A stretch of DNA of 62,789 nt, filler included, from Candidatus Methanoxibalbensis ujae (lineage in GTDB: Archaea; Halobacteriota; Syntropharchaeia; Alkanophagales; Methanospirareceae), in NCBI GenBank assembly GCA_026134085.1. It is 5 parts of 5 records of this genome, joined end to end, with 100 filler letters (N's around TTAATTAATTAA, not from the genome) between each part and the next. Parts side by side here need not be neighbours in the genome. Positions count along the whole stretch, not along the records: positions 1 to 13,951 come from JAOQIN010000047.1; positions 14,052 to 26,538 come from JAOQIN010000049.1; 3 more parts are not named here. One strand, written 5' to 3'. A program made the position numbers and the translations under genes. The notes under the pieces are model-generated. The model was not told where the DNA came from, did no database searches, and saw nothing but the letters and a program-made list of their open reading frames with translations. Position 1 is the stretch's first letter; the number at the start of each line of letters is the position of its first letter. Shown in pieces: positions 10,771 through 20,373 of the stretch.

Positions 10771-11394
10771 ATGGAGCGATTGAGAGAGGAAATAGAGCGA
10801 TTGAGAGTGGAGTGGTGCGCCGCATTCGGCGAGATGAAGAGGTATTTTTACAGTGAAATATTTGATGCATTCAGCATAACTTATGACCCAACAACATGGT
10901 ATGGATCAAGAAATCCTGCTCTAATATACCCATTAGAGCGCGAGATGAGATTCTCAACACCCAATGAATGCGTTAAATTTGATTATTATCAATCATTCTC
11001 TTCAAAACTTGGTATTATAAGTCATAATTTTGCCTATCTTGCCGACATATATGAGTTTTACAATGGAGATCTGCGCATGTTTCTGGTTGAGCAGTCCCGG
11101 TTTATCACAACGATTCAGCGTGCAAATTTGAGAATTGCGCATTTTGTGCCTGATGCGCTTGTTGAAGTGACCGCGCAGGGGCTGCGGAGCTTCATGCGTC
11201 TTAAAGGGCTCATTTCCGAGGCTTCTTATGAAAATGCTGAGAGTTTTCTGAGTTCTGGGGGAGCGATTGAACATGAAGGGGCGAATGCGCAGAAGGAGAT
11301 GCGCGGAGGGATCGGAGCGGATAAAAAATCAAAAAATCAAAAAAATCTAAAAAATCAAAAAAATCAGAAGCAGGGGAAGATATGTCAGCGATGA
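10771..11394 (+). CDS. Hypothetical protein
   Basis: 207-aa ORF, co-oriented with neighbours; low-complexity KNQ tail from AAAAATCAA repeats. Confidence 0.65.
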   Translation: MERLREEIERLRVEWCAAFGEMKRYFYSEIFDAFSITYDPTTWYGSRNPALIYPLEREMRFSTPNECVKFDYYQSFSSKLGIISHNFAYLADIYEFYNGDLRMFLVEQSRFITTIQRANLRIAHFVPDALVEVTAQGLRSFMRLKGLISEASYENAESFLSSGGAIEHEGANAQKEMRGGIGADKKSKNQKNLKNQKNQKQGKICQR

Positions 11395-11954
11395 GCGATG
11401 AGGCTGTAGAAAGGGATTCGGACGGAGCACGGCGCATACTCAGCAGCGAATATGAGGAAGTTCTCGTGCTGCTTGAAACACTCGGTCTGATGGGAATGCC
11501 GCGCAGGGACGATGTCATCGCGTTCTTTGAGGAATTGAACGAGCATTCGCCTGAATTCGTCAGCGTTTTTCTCAAGACGCAGAACTTCTCATATGCGGGT
11601 ATTGTGACACCACCATGGCTCAATGAGGACAGCAGATTCGGGATAAGGCGCAGGACATCGCTCATACACGCGGGCGGCATAATCGCCAGAATGCTTGAGA
11701 GGAGGATGCGCCGTGAAGATGCGATGAGCGCACTTGAAAACTTCACAGTGTATCTCGAGGATTTCAAGCCTGAGGAGGTTGTTGATATGCGCTGGATAAA
11801 TATGGAGATTGCAATGGAGCGCGTAGAGCGTTCACTGAGAGTTTACGAGCATAAAGCTTCAAGAAGAAGCTCCTTCCACTGCTACGAGGACTTCTCAAAT
11901 GCCCTGCGCAGGATATACGAGAGGGAAGAGCGCGCACTTTCCTATTTCAGGTGA
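11382..11954 (+). CDS. Hypothetical protein
   Basis: 190-aa ORF overlapping the upstream stop; host-like codon usage. Confidence 0.65.
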   Translation: MSAMSDEAVERDSDGARRILSSEYEEVLVLLETLGLMGMPRRDDVIAFFEELNEHSPEFVSVFLKTQNFSYAGIVTPPWLNEDSRFGIRRRTSLIHAGGIIARMLERRMRREDAMSALENFTVYLEDFKPEEVVDMRWINMEIAMERVERSLRVYEHKASRRSSFHCYEDFSNALRRIYEREERALSYFR

Positions 11955-12494
11955 ACTATTTCAGGTGAACTGTGGATAAGCTCTGTTCCTCCTGAGGACG
12001 AAAAACACAAATATCGCCTCCGCTGTCAATCTTCAGCGAAACATGCTCCTCCGCAGGAAATGGCAACTTTTATATATTGCTGTTTCACCGGTGTTTCACC
12101 GGTTCATCATGGGCGTTATTTCCATCATGATGCCCGGTTCAGCAGCCAGTCCAAGATTCGCCTCATAGCCGGGCCTGTGGCCAACAGCAATATCAAGCTC
12201 TCCGTGCTTACAGGCTTTATGTTTACAATCCGTATCACCTGCACCGTGGTAAGTGGTCAACGCCTGTTCCTGTGCTCCCGCTTTGTTTTATGAACCATCA
12301 CAGTTTCGGCGAAGTTTCCAGCAGCATTTTCCATATTACCGGTGGCGGATGGAGCGGTTATGTTCCCTCCCCCCCTCCTTTTTCTTTAAAAGTAATATCA
12401 TCAAAGTAATATCATCAGCGGTTACTGATATTGTAGCTTCAACTGTCACATGGAATGAAGAGTCTGGAATGTTTAAAATATCAATTTTATCCGT

Positions 12495-12615
12495 TTTTGT
12501 GTATCTGAATCTCCATCCACCTCGTGAACTTTTAATGAGACCGTGTATGTTCCAGCCTTATCATAACTTGCTGCTCATTACTGTCAATAAAGCCATCTCC
12601 GTTGAAGTCCCACAT
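12495..12615 (-). pseudogene. Frameshifted PKD-domain remnant of a surface protein
   Basis: Minus strand reads WDFNGDGFIDSNEQ, then after a frameshift YDKAGTYTVSLKVHEVDGDSD, matching the PKD consensus WDFxGDG...Y..xGTYTVxL. Confidence 0.7.
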
Positions 12616-13639
12616 GATTCCAAAAAACGCCAAACCTCTGATTCAGCCTGATTAGCATAATATCTTCTTCACCTTCCCTTCGAACTACCACTTGTAATCG
12701 TCAGAATCACCATCAAACTTCACAATCAAACTCCCCGTCTTGAACCTCCTTTCTCAATCGCTTCTATCTTCCTCTCAAAAATATCAAATTCTCACATCCC
12801 GCTGTAAGGTTTGATTCGCATGTGCTTCAGTTTGTCAGCCGTAATATCAGTTATCCGATACACCTTCAAGGGTTTGTTTGGTATTTTGGTATAAACCAAA
12901 ATCTTTCTGATATTTTCCGTTTTTCAAAGAAGAAAAAGTTGCACAATTAAACTTCGCCATATTTACTGATTGCTTCTTTTATTCAGACCGGACTTGCGAA
13001 AAATGATGAGTTACATCATACTTTATTATCGCAGCACGTGCAAATTTTCCAAATTCACGCTTTACCCCCGAGAAGGTGCTCTCCTCTCCGCACACCATCG
13101 CTTTCCGGCACCTATCACGCAAACCCTCATAGCTCTCGAACCCTCCCCTGCCGTCGGTCCTTCATTTTTCCTTGTTTTTATCGCCGTGATCTTAACTATC
13201 ATTTGCGTCGTATGCCCCATCTGAGCCTGCACAACTTCTCCTCCCGCATCCTCAACATTCTCCAGGCCCTGCCATGTTCTTAAATTCTTTCTGAAATCAT
13301 CTGTGCACACAACTTGCTTTGGTCATCCGTATATTACCTGTTGTCTCATCCACTCTCCACGATTCGCTTCGCGCCGGAAAAAGGTAAACCACAATCTGTC
13401 CTGCAAGGTTTTTTTATAGCGATTTTACTCATCTGCAAATGGTGGTTCAGGCACATCAAAGCTGATAAGCCCAGATAAATAAATTAAGCCTCTGTTTAAC
13501 TTCTCTAAATATTAGACAATGAAATCCATATACCACGAGCTACGAGTTTTTCATTTCTCTCCAGTTTCGCTTATCCTCATCTTTCCCCAACGCTCTTTCC
13601 TCATAAATCATTCCATAGACATCCGTATTTATAGGCAAC

Positions 13640-13871
13640 ACAGCAAGGAGACCGCAAAATATTTAAAAATAGGGAAATTTACTGCCATAAAATGGCGGGG
13701 GAAGGCAAAATACCTGCTGTGAAAATTGAGTTTGTTGAGTTTGAGAAAAACGACAAGGTTATAATTCGCATTCCTTCAGGAGTTAATAAAGAAGATAAAG
13801 ATGATATCTGGAAGAAGATGGAATCCAAAAGGAAAACGGGAAGTCCCTTACAGCGAAGATTCGATATTTAA
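13640..13871 (+). pseudogene. Frameshifted excisionase-like HTH (HTH_17) remnant
   Basis: KETAKYLKIGKFTA in one frame continues as KMAGEGKIPAVKI in the next after a 1-nt loss, matching EVAxYLxIxxxTVYKMAxEGKIPAxKI. Confidence 0.6.
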
Positions 13872-13951
13872 AAGGAGGTGAAACATGAGGATAAAAACAA
13901 AGAACGATGGTCGTCCAGAGGGATGCGAATGGTTCGCATATGCTTCTCATT

Positions 13952-14051
13952 NNNNNNNNNNNNNNNNNNNNNNNNNNNNNNNNNNNNNNNNNNNNTTAAT
14001 TAATTAANNNNNNNNNNNNNNNNNNNNNNNNNNNNNNNNNNNNNNNNNNNN
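13952..14051. other. Artificial contig linker
   Basis: N44-TTAATTAATTAA-N44, stops in all six frames. Confidence 0.99.
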
Positions 14052-14305
14052 AGCGGATGAGCTTCATTTTGCCTTCAATCTGCACCCTGTAGCGATATAC
14101 TCCCATCGGCTTCCCGGGAGTGTGATGTCTGTGGGCATTTTCACATTCAACACCTCGCGCTCACTGACTGTCGCTTGCGTCTCTTCACTGAGCGGGTGAG
14201 CGTAAGGGTGAGCTGATACATAACAAAGACATCACAGATTCAAAATGAACGGAAATCTATTCAAGCTGGATGGCGGCTTCAAGCTGATGTTGCGGTGGCG
14301 GAGAT

Positions 14306-17300
14306 ATGAGTGACTATGAGACATCTCTGCGGATAGAGCTTGAGAGAGCACTGGAAACTGCGAGGGAGGCGAGGAGCACTGGATTTGATCCTGCGCCGCA
14401 CACTGAGATAAGCGTGACGAACGATATTGCGGAGCGTGTTGAGGCGATTGTGGGCATAGAGGGCATAGGCGATCGTATAAAGGAGTATGAGCGGGAGGGG
14501 CTGAGCAGGGAGGAAATAGCGATAAGGATTGCGGATGATTTTGTTGCAGGCGTGTTCTGCGGTCGTGATGAGGATGTGCGCATTGTGGAGAATTCCGTGA
14601 GAACTGCGGTCGCAATACTCACCGAAGGTGTTGTTGCCGCTCCGATAGAGGGGATTTCAAAGATATCATCAGCGAGAAACGACGATGGCAGCAGGTTCAT
14701 CAGGATATATTATGCAGGGCCAATAAGAAGTGCTGGAGGGACTGCACAGGCGCTTTCAGTTCTTATTGCGGATATGGTGAGGCGGAAGCTCGGGTTTGCG
14801 AGTTACAAGCCGCGTGATGAGGAGGTTGCGAGATATGTGCTTGAGATCGCCACTTACGACAGGATAAGAGGTCTGCAATACACGCCAAGCGATGAAGAAG
14901 TGCGGATGATTGTTCGCAACTGTCCAATATGCATAGACGGCGAACCATCTGAGGAAGAGGAGGTTGACGCTTACAGGGATCTGGAGAGAGTGAGCACAAA
15001 CAATGTGCGCGGGGGCATGGCGCTCGTGATATGTGAGGGGATTGCTCTGAAAGCTGCGAAGATACTGAAGTATGTTGAGAAGTTGAACATTGATGGATGG
15101 GAGTGGCTGCGTGAACTCATCGCTCTGAAAAAATCGGATAAAAAAGAGGGAGACAGCTACCTTGAGGACATCATAGCAGGCAGACCGATGATAGGTAAAC
15201 CGTCGTGCAAGGGCTCTTTCAGGCTGCGATACGGAAGAGCACGAAACACAGGTCTCGCAACTGTCGGCATACATCCGGCGACAATGGCACTCCTTGAGTT
15301 CCTCGCTGTCGGCACGCAGATAAAGCCCGAAATGCCGGGAAAGGGCGCATGCATAGCACCTGTTGACTCAATTGAAGGCCCAACAGTGAAGCTGAAAGAC
15401 AAATCGCTCGTCAGACTGACATCTGTTGATGATGTCCTCTCACTCAGAGATGAGATATCAGAGATTGTTGACCTCGGTGAGATTCTCGTCGACTTCGGTG
15501 ATTTCCTTGAAAACGGCAGGAGACTGGAACCCGCTGCATACTGCCACGAATGGTGGCTGCTTGAACTGAAAGAAAAACTGAATTCTGACTGCGCTCATTA
15601 TGATGCTCATCTCAATAAAGAGGATTCAACCGGTGTTGTCGCGGCGTTATTGCGCGAGAAGCGTGTTCCCGGGATGAAGGAAGCGATAGAGATATCGCGC
15701 AGGTATGATATGCATCTGCATCCAGCATACACCTATCTCTGGGAAGACATCTCAGCTGAAGACAGGAAATTCCTCGCATCGTATATTCGTGAGAGAGGCA
15801 TATTGGAGCAATGCAGAGAGTGCGGCGGAGTTCTCATGATTCCGAGCGATGAAAATGTGAAAGCGATTCTTGAGAACCTTCTTGTGCCTCACCGAATCAT
15901 AAAGAAAAAGCGTTTCAACACGCTTTTCAATGTTGAGGAGCGTGAGTTCATATGCATTGAGAATCCCGCTGCACTTCTGGAGTGCCTGGGCATCAGTCAC
16001 AGAAACCTGCGAGAATCTGTGACTCCGCTTAAAACAAGGCAGAAAGCGCCTACAAGAATAGGCGTGAGGATGGGAAGACCGGAGAAAGCAAAGGAGCGGA
16101 AGATGAAGCCAGCACCCCATCTGCTTTTTCCCCTCGGAAACTTCGGCGGGAGGAACAGGTCTCTGCGTGATGCTATGCGAAATCGTGTGATTGATGTTGA
16201 GATAGGCGTCTGGCGCTGTAAATGTGGAAGGGAGTCCCTGTTTCCGCGATGTTCGTGCGGATCTCACATAACCGCCGAGCCCGTTAAGATGCAGAAAAGC
16301 GTGAATATATACGAAATGTTCAAACAAGCAACAGAAAAATTGGGAATTCATGTTCCAGATGTGAAATGTGTTATTGGATTGATATCAAAGAAAAAGGTTG
16401 CTGAGCATATAGTGAAAGGTATTCTCAGGGCAAAACATAATGTTTTCGTGTTTAAAGATGGAACAATACGATATGACATGACAAACATGCCGCTTACACA
16501 TTTCAAAGTGGAGGAGGTTGAGGGGCTTGATGTTGAAAAGGCGAGGGAGCTCGGATACACGCGTGACATATTTGGCAATCCTCTTGTTTCGGACTCGCAG
16601 GTGGTTGAGCTCAAGCAGCAGGACATCATAATTCCGGTGGATGCTGCGTTTTATCTCATGCGTGTGGCTGAGTTTGTCGATGATGAGCTCACGCATTTAT
16701 ACGGGCTTTCTCCTTACTACAATGTCAATCGCAGGGAGGATCTCATAGGAAAGCTCGTGATAGCACTCGCGCCTCACACATCCGCGGGAATTCTGGGAAG
16801 GATAATAGGATTCACGAGGGCTTCAGCGTGCTTCGCACATCCATTCTTTCATGCCGCGAAGAGAAGAAACTGCGATGGAGACGAAGATTCAATTATGCTT
16901 CTTATGGATGCTCTCCTCAACTTCTCAGTTTCATTCCTTCCTGAGAAAATAGGAGGGAAAATGGATGCTCCCCTTCTTCTTATCCCTTATATAAACCCGA
17001 AGGAAATAGACAAGGAGGCGCATAATTTGTCAATTGCATATGAATATCCGCTGTCTTTTTATGAGGCGACGCTCTCACGGAAAAAGCCTGTGGATGTCAA
17101 TATACCCACAGCATCTGAGCGTGTTTACGAGAGAAAGGATGCATATGGCTTCGGATACACGCATGAAACATCTTCAATCACGGCAGGCTGCCTTAAATCC
17201 GCATACAAGCGGCTTGAAAAGATGAGTGAGAAGATGGACGCTCAACTCCGCCTTGCTGAGATGCTGCGCTCAGTTGATGAGCGTGAAGTTGCGGAGATAA

Positions 17301-17608
17301 TCATAAAAAACCATCTCATTCGCGATATAAAAGGAAATCTGCGCGCATTCGGCACACAAAAAGTGCGGTGCTCACAGTGCAATGCAAAATATCGCCGAGT
17401 CCCTCTGAGCGGGAAATGCAAGAAATGCGGCGGCAATCTGCTTCTCACAGTGCACGCATCAAACATATCAAAATATCTGCATATCTCAATCCAGATAGCT
17501 CACAGATATGAGATCTCCGATGCACTGCAGATGCTTGAGATGCTTTCTGAAGACATACAATCGCTGTTCCAGGAGGATAATCAGCGATCGCTGACTGATT
17601 TTCTGTAA
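14306..17608 (+). CDS. polC: DNA polymerase D large subunit (DP2), intein-free
   Basis: TEGVVAAPIEGI, YYAGPIRSAGGTAQALSV, GSFRLRYGR, FHAAKRRNCDGDED catalytic motif, C-terminal zinc finger and PIP-like QRSLTDFL. Confidence 0.98.
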   Translation: MSDYETSLRIELERALETAREARSTGFDPAPHTEISVTNDIAERVEAIVGIEGIGDRIKEYEREGLSREEIAIRIADDFVAGVFCGRDEDVRIVENSVRTAVAILTEGVVAAPIEGISKISSARNDDGSRFIRIYYAGPIRSAGGTAQALSVLIADMVRRKLGFASYKPRDEEVARYVLEIATYDRIRGLQYTPSDEEVRMIVRNCPICIDGEPSEEEEVDAYRDLERVSTNNVRGGMALVICEGIALKAAKILKYVEKLNIDGWEWLRELIALKKSDKKEGDSYLEDIIAGRPMIGKPSCKGSFRLRYGRARNTGLATVGIHPATMALLEFLAVGTQIKPEMPGKGACIAPVDSIEGPTVKLKDKSLVRLTSVDDVLSLRDEISEIVDLGEILVDFGDFLENGRRLEPAAYCHEWWLLELKEKLNSDCAHYDAHLNKEDSTGVVAALLREKRVPGMKEAIEISRRYDMHLHPAYTYLWEDISAEDRKFLASYIRERGILEQCRECGGVLMIPSDENVKAILENLLVPHRIIKKKRFNTLFNVEEREFICIENPAALLECLGISHRNLRESVTPLKTRQKAPTRIGVRMGRPEKAKERKMKPAPHLLFPLGNFGGRNRSLRDAMRNRVIDVEIGVWRCKCGRESLFPRCSCGSHITAEPVKMQKSVNIYEMFKQATEKLGIHVPDVKCVIGLISKKKVAEHIVKGILRAKHNVFVFKDGTIRYDMTNMPLTHFKVEEVEGLDVEKARELGYTRDIFGNPLVSDSQVVELKQQDIIIPVDAAFYLMRVAEFVDDELTHLYGLSPYYNVNRREDLIGKLVIALAPHTSAGILGRIIGFTRASACFAHPFFHAAKRRNCDGDEDSIMLLMDALLNFSVSFLPEKIGGKMDAPLLLIPYINPKEIDKEAHNLSIAYEYPLSFYEATLSRKKPVDVNIPTASERVYERKDAYGFGYTHETSSITAGCLKSAYKRLEKMSEKMDAQLRLAEMLRSVDEREVAEIIIKNHLIRDIKGNLRAFGTQKVRCSQCNAKYRRVPLSGKCKKCGGNLLLTVHASNISKYLHISIQIAHRYEISDALQMLEMLSEDIQSLFQEDNQRSLTDFL

Positions 17609-17656
17609 CTTTCTTTTTCTGTTATTGTGATGATGATGGTGAGGAGGGATTGAGAG

Positions 17657-18817
17657 ATGAGCGGTCTGACGAAGGATGATATAATGAGGGCGATATATCA
17701 CTGTGTGAAGTGCAAATTGTGCAGCATTGCATCATTTCATCCGAGAGAGGAATGGAGCCCTTTGTGTCCCAGCGGTGCATACTTTGGATTTCAGGCATTT
17801 TACGCGCCAGGGAAGATGGAGATATTCAGAGAACTGCTTGAAGGGCGTATGAATCGTTCTGAAGGTCTTATTGATGCTGTTTTCGCCTGCACGCTTTGCG
17901 GCGCATGCTATGAGAAGTGCCGTCGTGTGTCAAAGGTAGAGATTCCTCTCGTCGAGATATTTGAGGAGATGCGCAGTGAGCTCTCTGCTCTTGGATGGCA
18001 GTGCGATGTGCATCGTGAGATTGCTGATAAAGTGCGGAACACGAGGAACGCATATGGAGAGGAGCGAGCATCTTTTGATCTCAGGAATCTCAGGCCATCG
18101 GAAGGTGCGAATGTGCTCTATTTCATAGGATGCACCGCGAGATACAGGGTGCCTGAGATAGCAGATGCGATGCTGCGCATTCTAAACGAGAGTGTTGAAT
18201 ATCAGGTGCTTGAGGATGAGTGGTGCTGCTGCTCGGTTCTCATTCGGACTGGTCAGCGAAATACGGATATCGTGAGGGAGCATGTGCGTCACAATTATGA
18301 TGCGATAGTGAAAAGCGGCGCTGATACAGTGGTGTTCACATGTCCTGGCTGCTTGAAAACGCTGAAAATTGATTATCCGATGCAGGGCGCCGACTTAAGC
18401 GATGCTGGAATCGAGCTTATCCATGCTACAGAGTTCATCAGGCGTATATACGGCGAGAGTGCTCTTAAAAAATTGCCTCTAACTGTGACATATCATGACC
18501 CCTGCCATCTCGGTCGTGATCTCCGCATATATGATGCTCCTCGTGATGTGCTGCGCGGTGCTGTGCAGGAACTGCGAGAGATGCGCCGTGTGAGGGAGGA
18601 GGCCTGGTGCTGCGGTTCAGGTGGCGGCGTAAAATCCGCTTTCAACGATTTTGCAGTATGGTGCGCGTCCGAACGATTGAAGGAGGCGGCTGAGACAGGT
18701 GCTGATGCCATTGTGAGCGCATGCCCCTTCTGCAAGCGCAACCTGCGTGATGCTTCAACTGGCATGCGAGTGCTTGATGTTGTTGAGGTTATTGAGGAAG
18801 CGTTGCTGCGCCGCTAG
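17657..18817 (+). CDS. HdrD/GlpC-like Fe-S protein (4Fe-4S plus two CCG domains)
   Basis: CVKCKLC, CTLCGACYEKC, FIGC, WCCCS, CPGC, YHDPCHLGR, CCGSGGG, ACPFC. Confidence 0.9.
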   Translation: MSGLTKDDIMRAIYHCVKCKLCSIASFHPREEWSPLCPSGAYFGFQAFYAPGKMEIFRELLEGRMNRSEGLIDAVFACTLCGACYEKCRRVSKVEIPLVEIFEEMRSELSALGWQCDVHREIADKVRNTRNAYGEERASFDLRNLRPSEGANVLYFIGCTARYRVPEIADAMLRILNESVEYQVLEDEWCCCSVLIRTGQRNTDIVREHVRHNYDAIVKSGADTVVFTCPGCLKTLKIDYPMQGADLSDAGIELIHATEFIRRIYGESALKKLPLTVTYHDPCHLGRDLRIYDAPRDVLRGAVQELREMRRVREEAWCCGSGGGVKSAFNDFAVWCASERLKEAAETGADAIVSACPFCKRNLRDASTGMRVLDVVEVIEEALLRR

Positions 18818-18826
18818 CGGCTTAAG

Positions 18827-18901
18827 TGCTCCGCCGGGGATTTGAACCCCGGTCGTGGGCTCGAGAGGCCCACATGATTGGCCGAGCTACACCAGCGGAG
18901 C
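18827..18901 (-). tRNA. tRNA-Glu (CTC)
   Basis: Reverse complement GCTCCGCTGGTGTAG...GTGGGC-CTCTCGA-GCCCAC...GGTTCAAATCC...GCGGAGCA folds as a cloverleaf. Confidence 0.95.
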
Positions 18902-18910
18902 ATTTTTCTT

Positions 18911-18986
18911 CCCTCCCGACCGCCAGACAGGTTCCTGCTTCGGAAAATTACTTCCGCATGGCGGAGTTGACCATCTCAACCCCCCC
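18911..18986 (-). ncRNA. Candidate structured RNA / long 5' leader of tRNA-Glu
   Basis: Four nested inverted repeats with G-U pairs favouring the minus strand; TTTATAT box at 19012-19006. Confidence 0.45.
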
Positions 18987-19070
18987 ATTATAATATGAGC
19001 GGCCCATATAAATAATAACACTCCTTCTCCGCTCCAGAAATCAGCGGCAGCTTTCATTTGGTGGTGTGCC

Positions 19071-19125
19071 GCTGTTGCTCCGTGGGAGGTGCTGTTGCTC
19101 TGTGGGAGGTGCTGTTGCGGGAGGT
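19071..19125. repeat. 20-bp tandem repeat GCTGTTGCTCYGTGGGAGGT (about 2.5 copies)
   Basis: Read directly; lies just past the stop of the phoU-like gene. Confidence 0.85.
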
Positions 19126-19127
19126 CA

Positions 19128-20201
19128 TCAGAATTCCTCCTCTTCTGCCGACTTAATGCACATGTTTATGGTGACTTCAGCTATATCAGCGCAGTATTTA
19201 GATATTCTTGCGAGGCTTTCAAGTATGGAGAGGACATGAATTTTCACTGTCATATCTCCTTTATCTGTCAAAACACTCTCATAAGCTTCTTCAACATGTT
19301 TAACAATTTCATCTGTTTCTTTAATCACGGAATTTGAGCGCTTCATATCCATTTCAGAAAGTGATTCCATCACATCAGCAAACACTTTTTTCACATGATC
19401 TCCTATATCTCTTATCATGGATATCCGCTCTTCGGGTATAATTTCGTTTATTATGCTTTGAAACGCGATGTTTTCGATGTGGTCGCCTATGCGTTCTATG
19501 CTTTTAACGATTATACGATATCCGAGGCTGTTTCTGGGCGAGCCTATGCCTATTTTCTGAGAGAGTTCGTAATCACTCATAATAGCTTTAAGCTGTCTCA
19601 CGATGAGAAGATAGAATCTGTCTATTTCATTATCACGCTCCATCACATCTTTTGCGAGGTTTATATCGTGATTTTCAATTGCGCTCAGCGCGTCTTCAAG
19701 CATTGCGAGCACTATATCCCTCATCCTTTTTATCGCATCGCATAGCGTGAAGTCCTCATATTTGAGGAAGCTCTGCAGTTGTATTTCAGTTGATGATTCT
19801 CCGACCACCTCCATGCCTATCAGCCTTTTTCTCACCTCCTCCTTTATTCTTTTTCGCTCCTCGGCGTTGAATCCGTGCTCGGCGAGCAGTTTTATTTCGT
19901 CATATCCCACGAGATACAATGCGATGAGGTATCTCAGGTTTTCCTCAAACCCCTCTCTGTCAGATAGTTTGAACTCAACTCTCCGCATTATGCGCTCATC
20001 TCCGCCTTCAACTCCTCCGCGCTCTGGCATCAGAAGCAATGTGTTTCTGCCATATCTGAGAAGGAGCATCTCATCTCCCTTTTTGATGCCGAGCTCCTTC
20101 ACCCACTTTATCGGCAGCGATATTATGTATGTTGAGCCGCCTGTGAGCTGTATTCTCCTTTTCTCTCTCCTCATCTTCACGCGCCCCCCTTCCTCTGTCA
20201 T
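19128..20201 (-). CDS. phoU: Phosphate uptake regulator (AbrB-like N-domain plus PhoU domains)
   Basis: RRIQLTGGSTYIISLPIKWV AbrB motif; DNEIDRFY and ERIGDHIENIA PhoU motifs. Confidence 0.9.
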   Translation of the reverse strand: MTEEGGRVKMRREKRRIQLTGGSTYIISLPIKWVKELGIKKGDEMLLLRYGRNTLLLMPERGGVEGGDERIMRRVEFKLSDREGFEENLRYLIALYLVGYDEIKLLAEHGFNAEERKRIKEEVRKRLIGMEVVGESSTEIQLQSFLKYEDFTLCDAIKRMRDIVLAMLEDALSAIENHDINLAKDVMERDNEIDRFYLLIVRQLKAIMSDYELSQKIGIGSPRNSLGYRIIVKSIERIGDHIENIAFQSIINEIIPEERISMIRDIGDHVKKVFADVMESLSEMDMKRSNSVIKETDEIVKHVEEAYESVLTDKGDMTVKIHVLSILESLARISKYCADIAEVTINMCIKSAEEEEF

Positions 20202-20251
20202 GAATATACGCAGACACAGCTATCAATACCTTTATATTACCTATATGTAAC

Positions 20252-20284
20252 ATCTCTCCGGTATAGAAATCTCTCCGGTATAGA
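20252..20284. repeat. Direct repeat ATCTCTCCGGTATAGA x2 in the divergent promoter region
   Basis: Exact 16-bp copies with 17-bp period between phoU and the ATPase gene. Confidence 0.85.
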
Positions 20285-20373
20285 GAGTGGAAATACAGGA
20301 AAAGAGAGAGGGAGGTGCGATAAAGCGAGCATTTTTATAGGAGCATGCAGCATATAAAATAGGAGAAGGGGAG

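Noticed and set aside
13952..14051. TTAATTAATTAA palindrome as a biological site
   Set aside because: Identical in all four gaps and flanked by exactly 44 N each side; an assembly linker
14306..17608. Intein in PolD large subunit
   Set aside because: HAAKRRNCDGDED is uninterrupted and the length is normal
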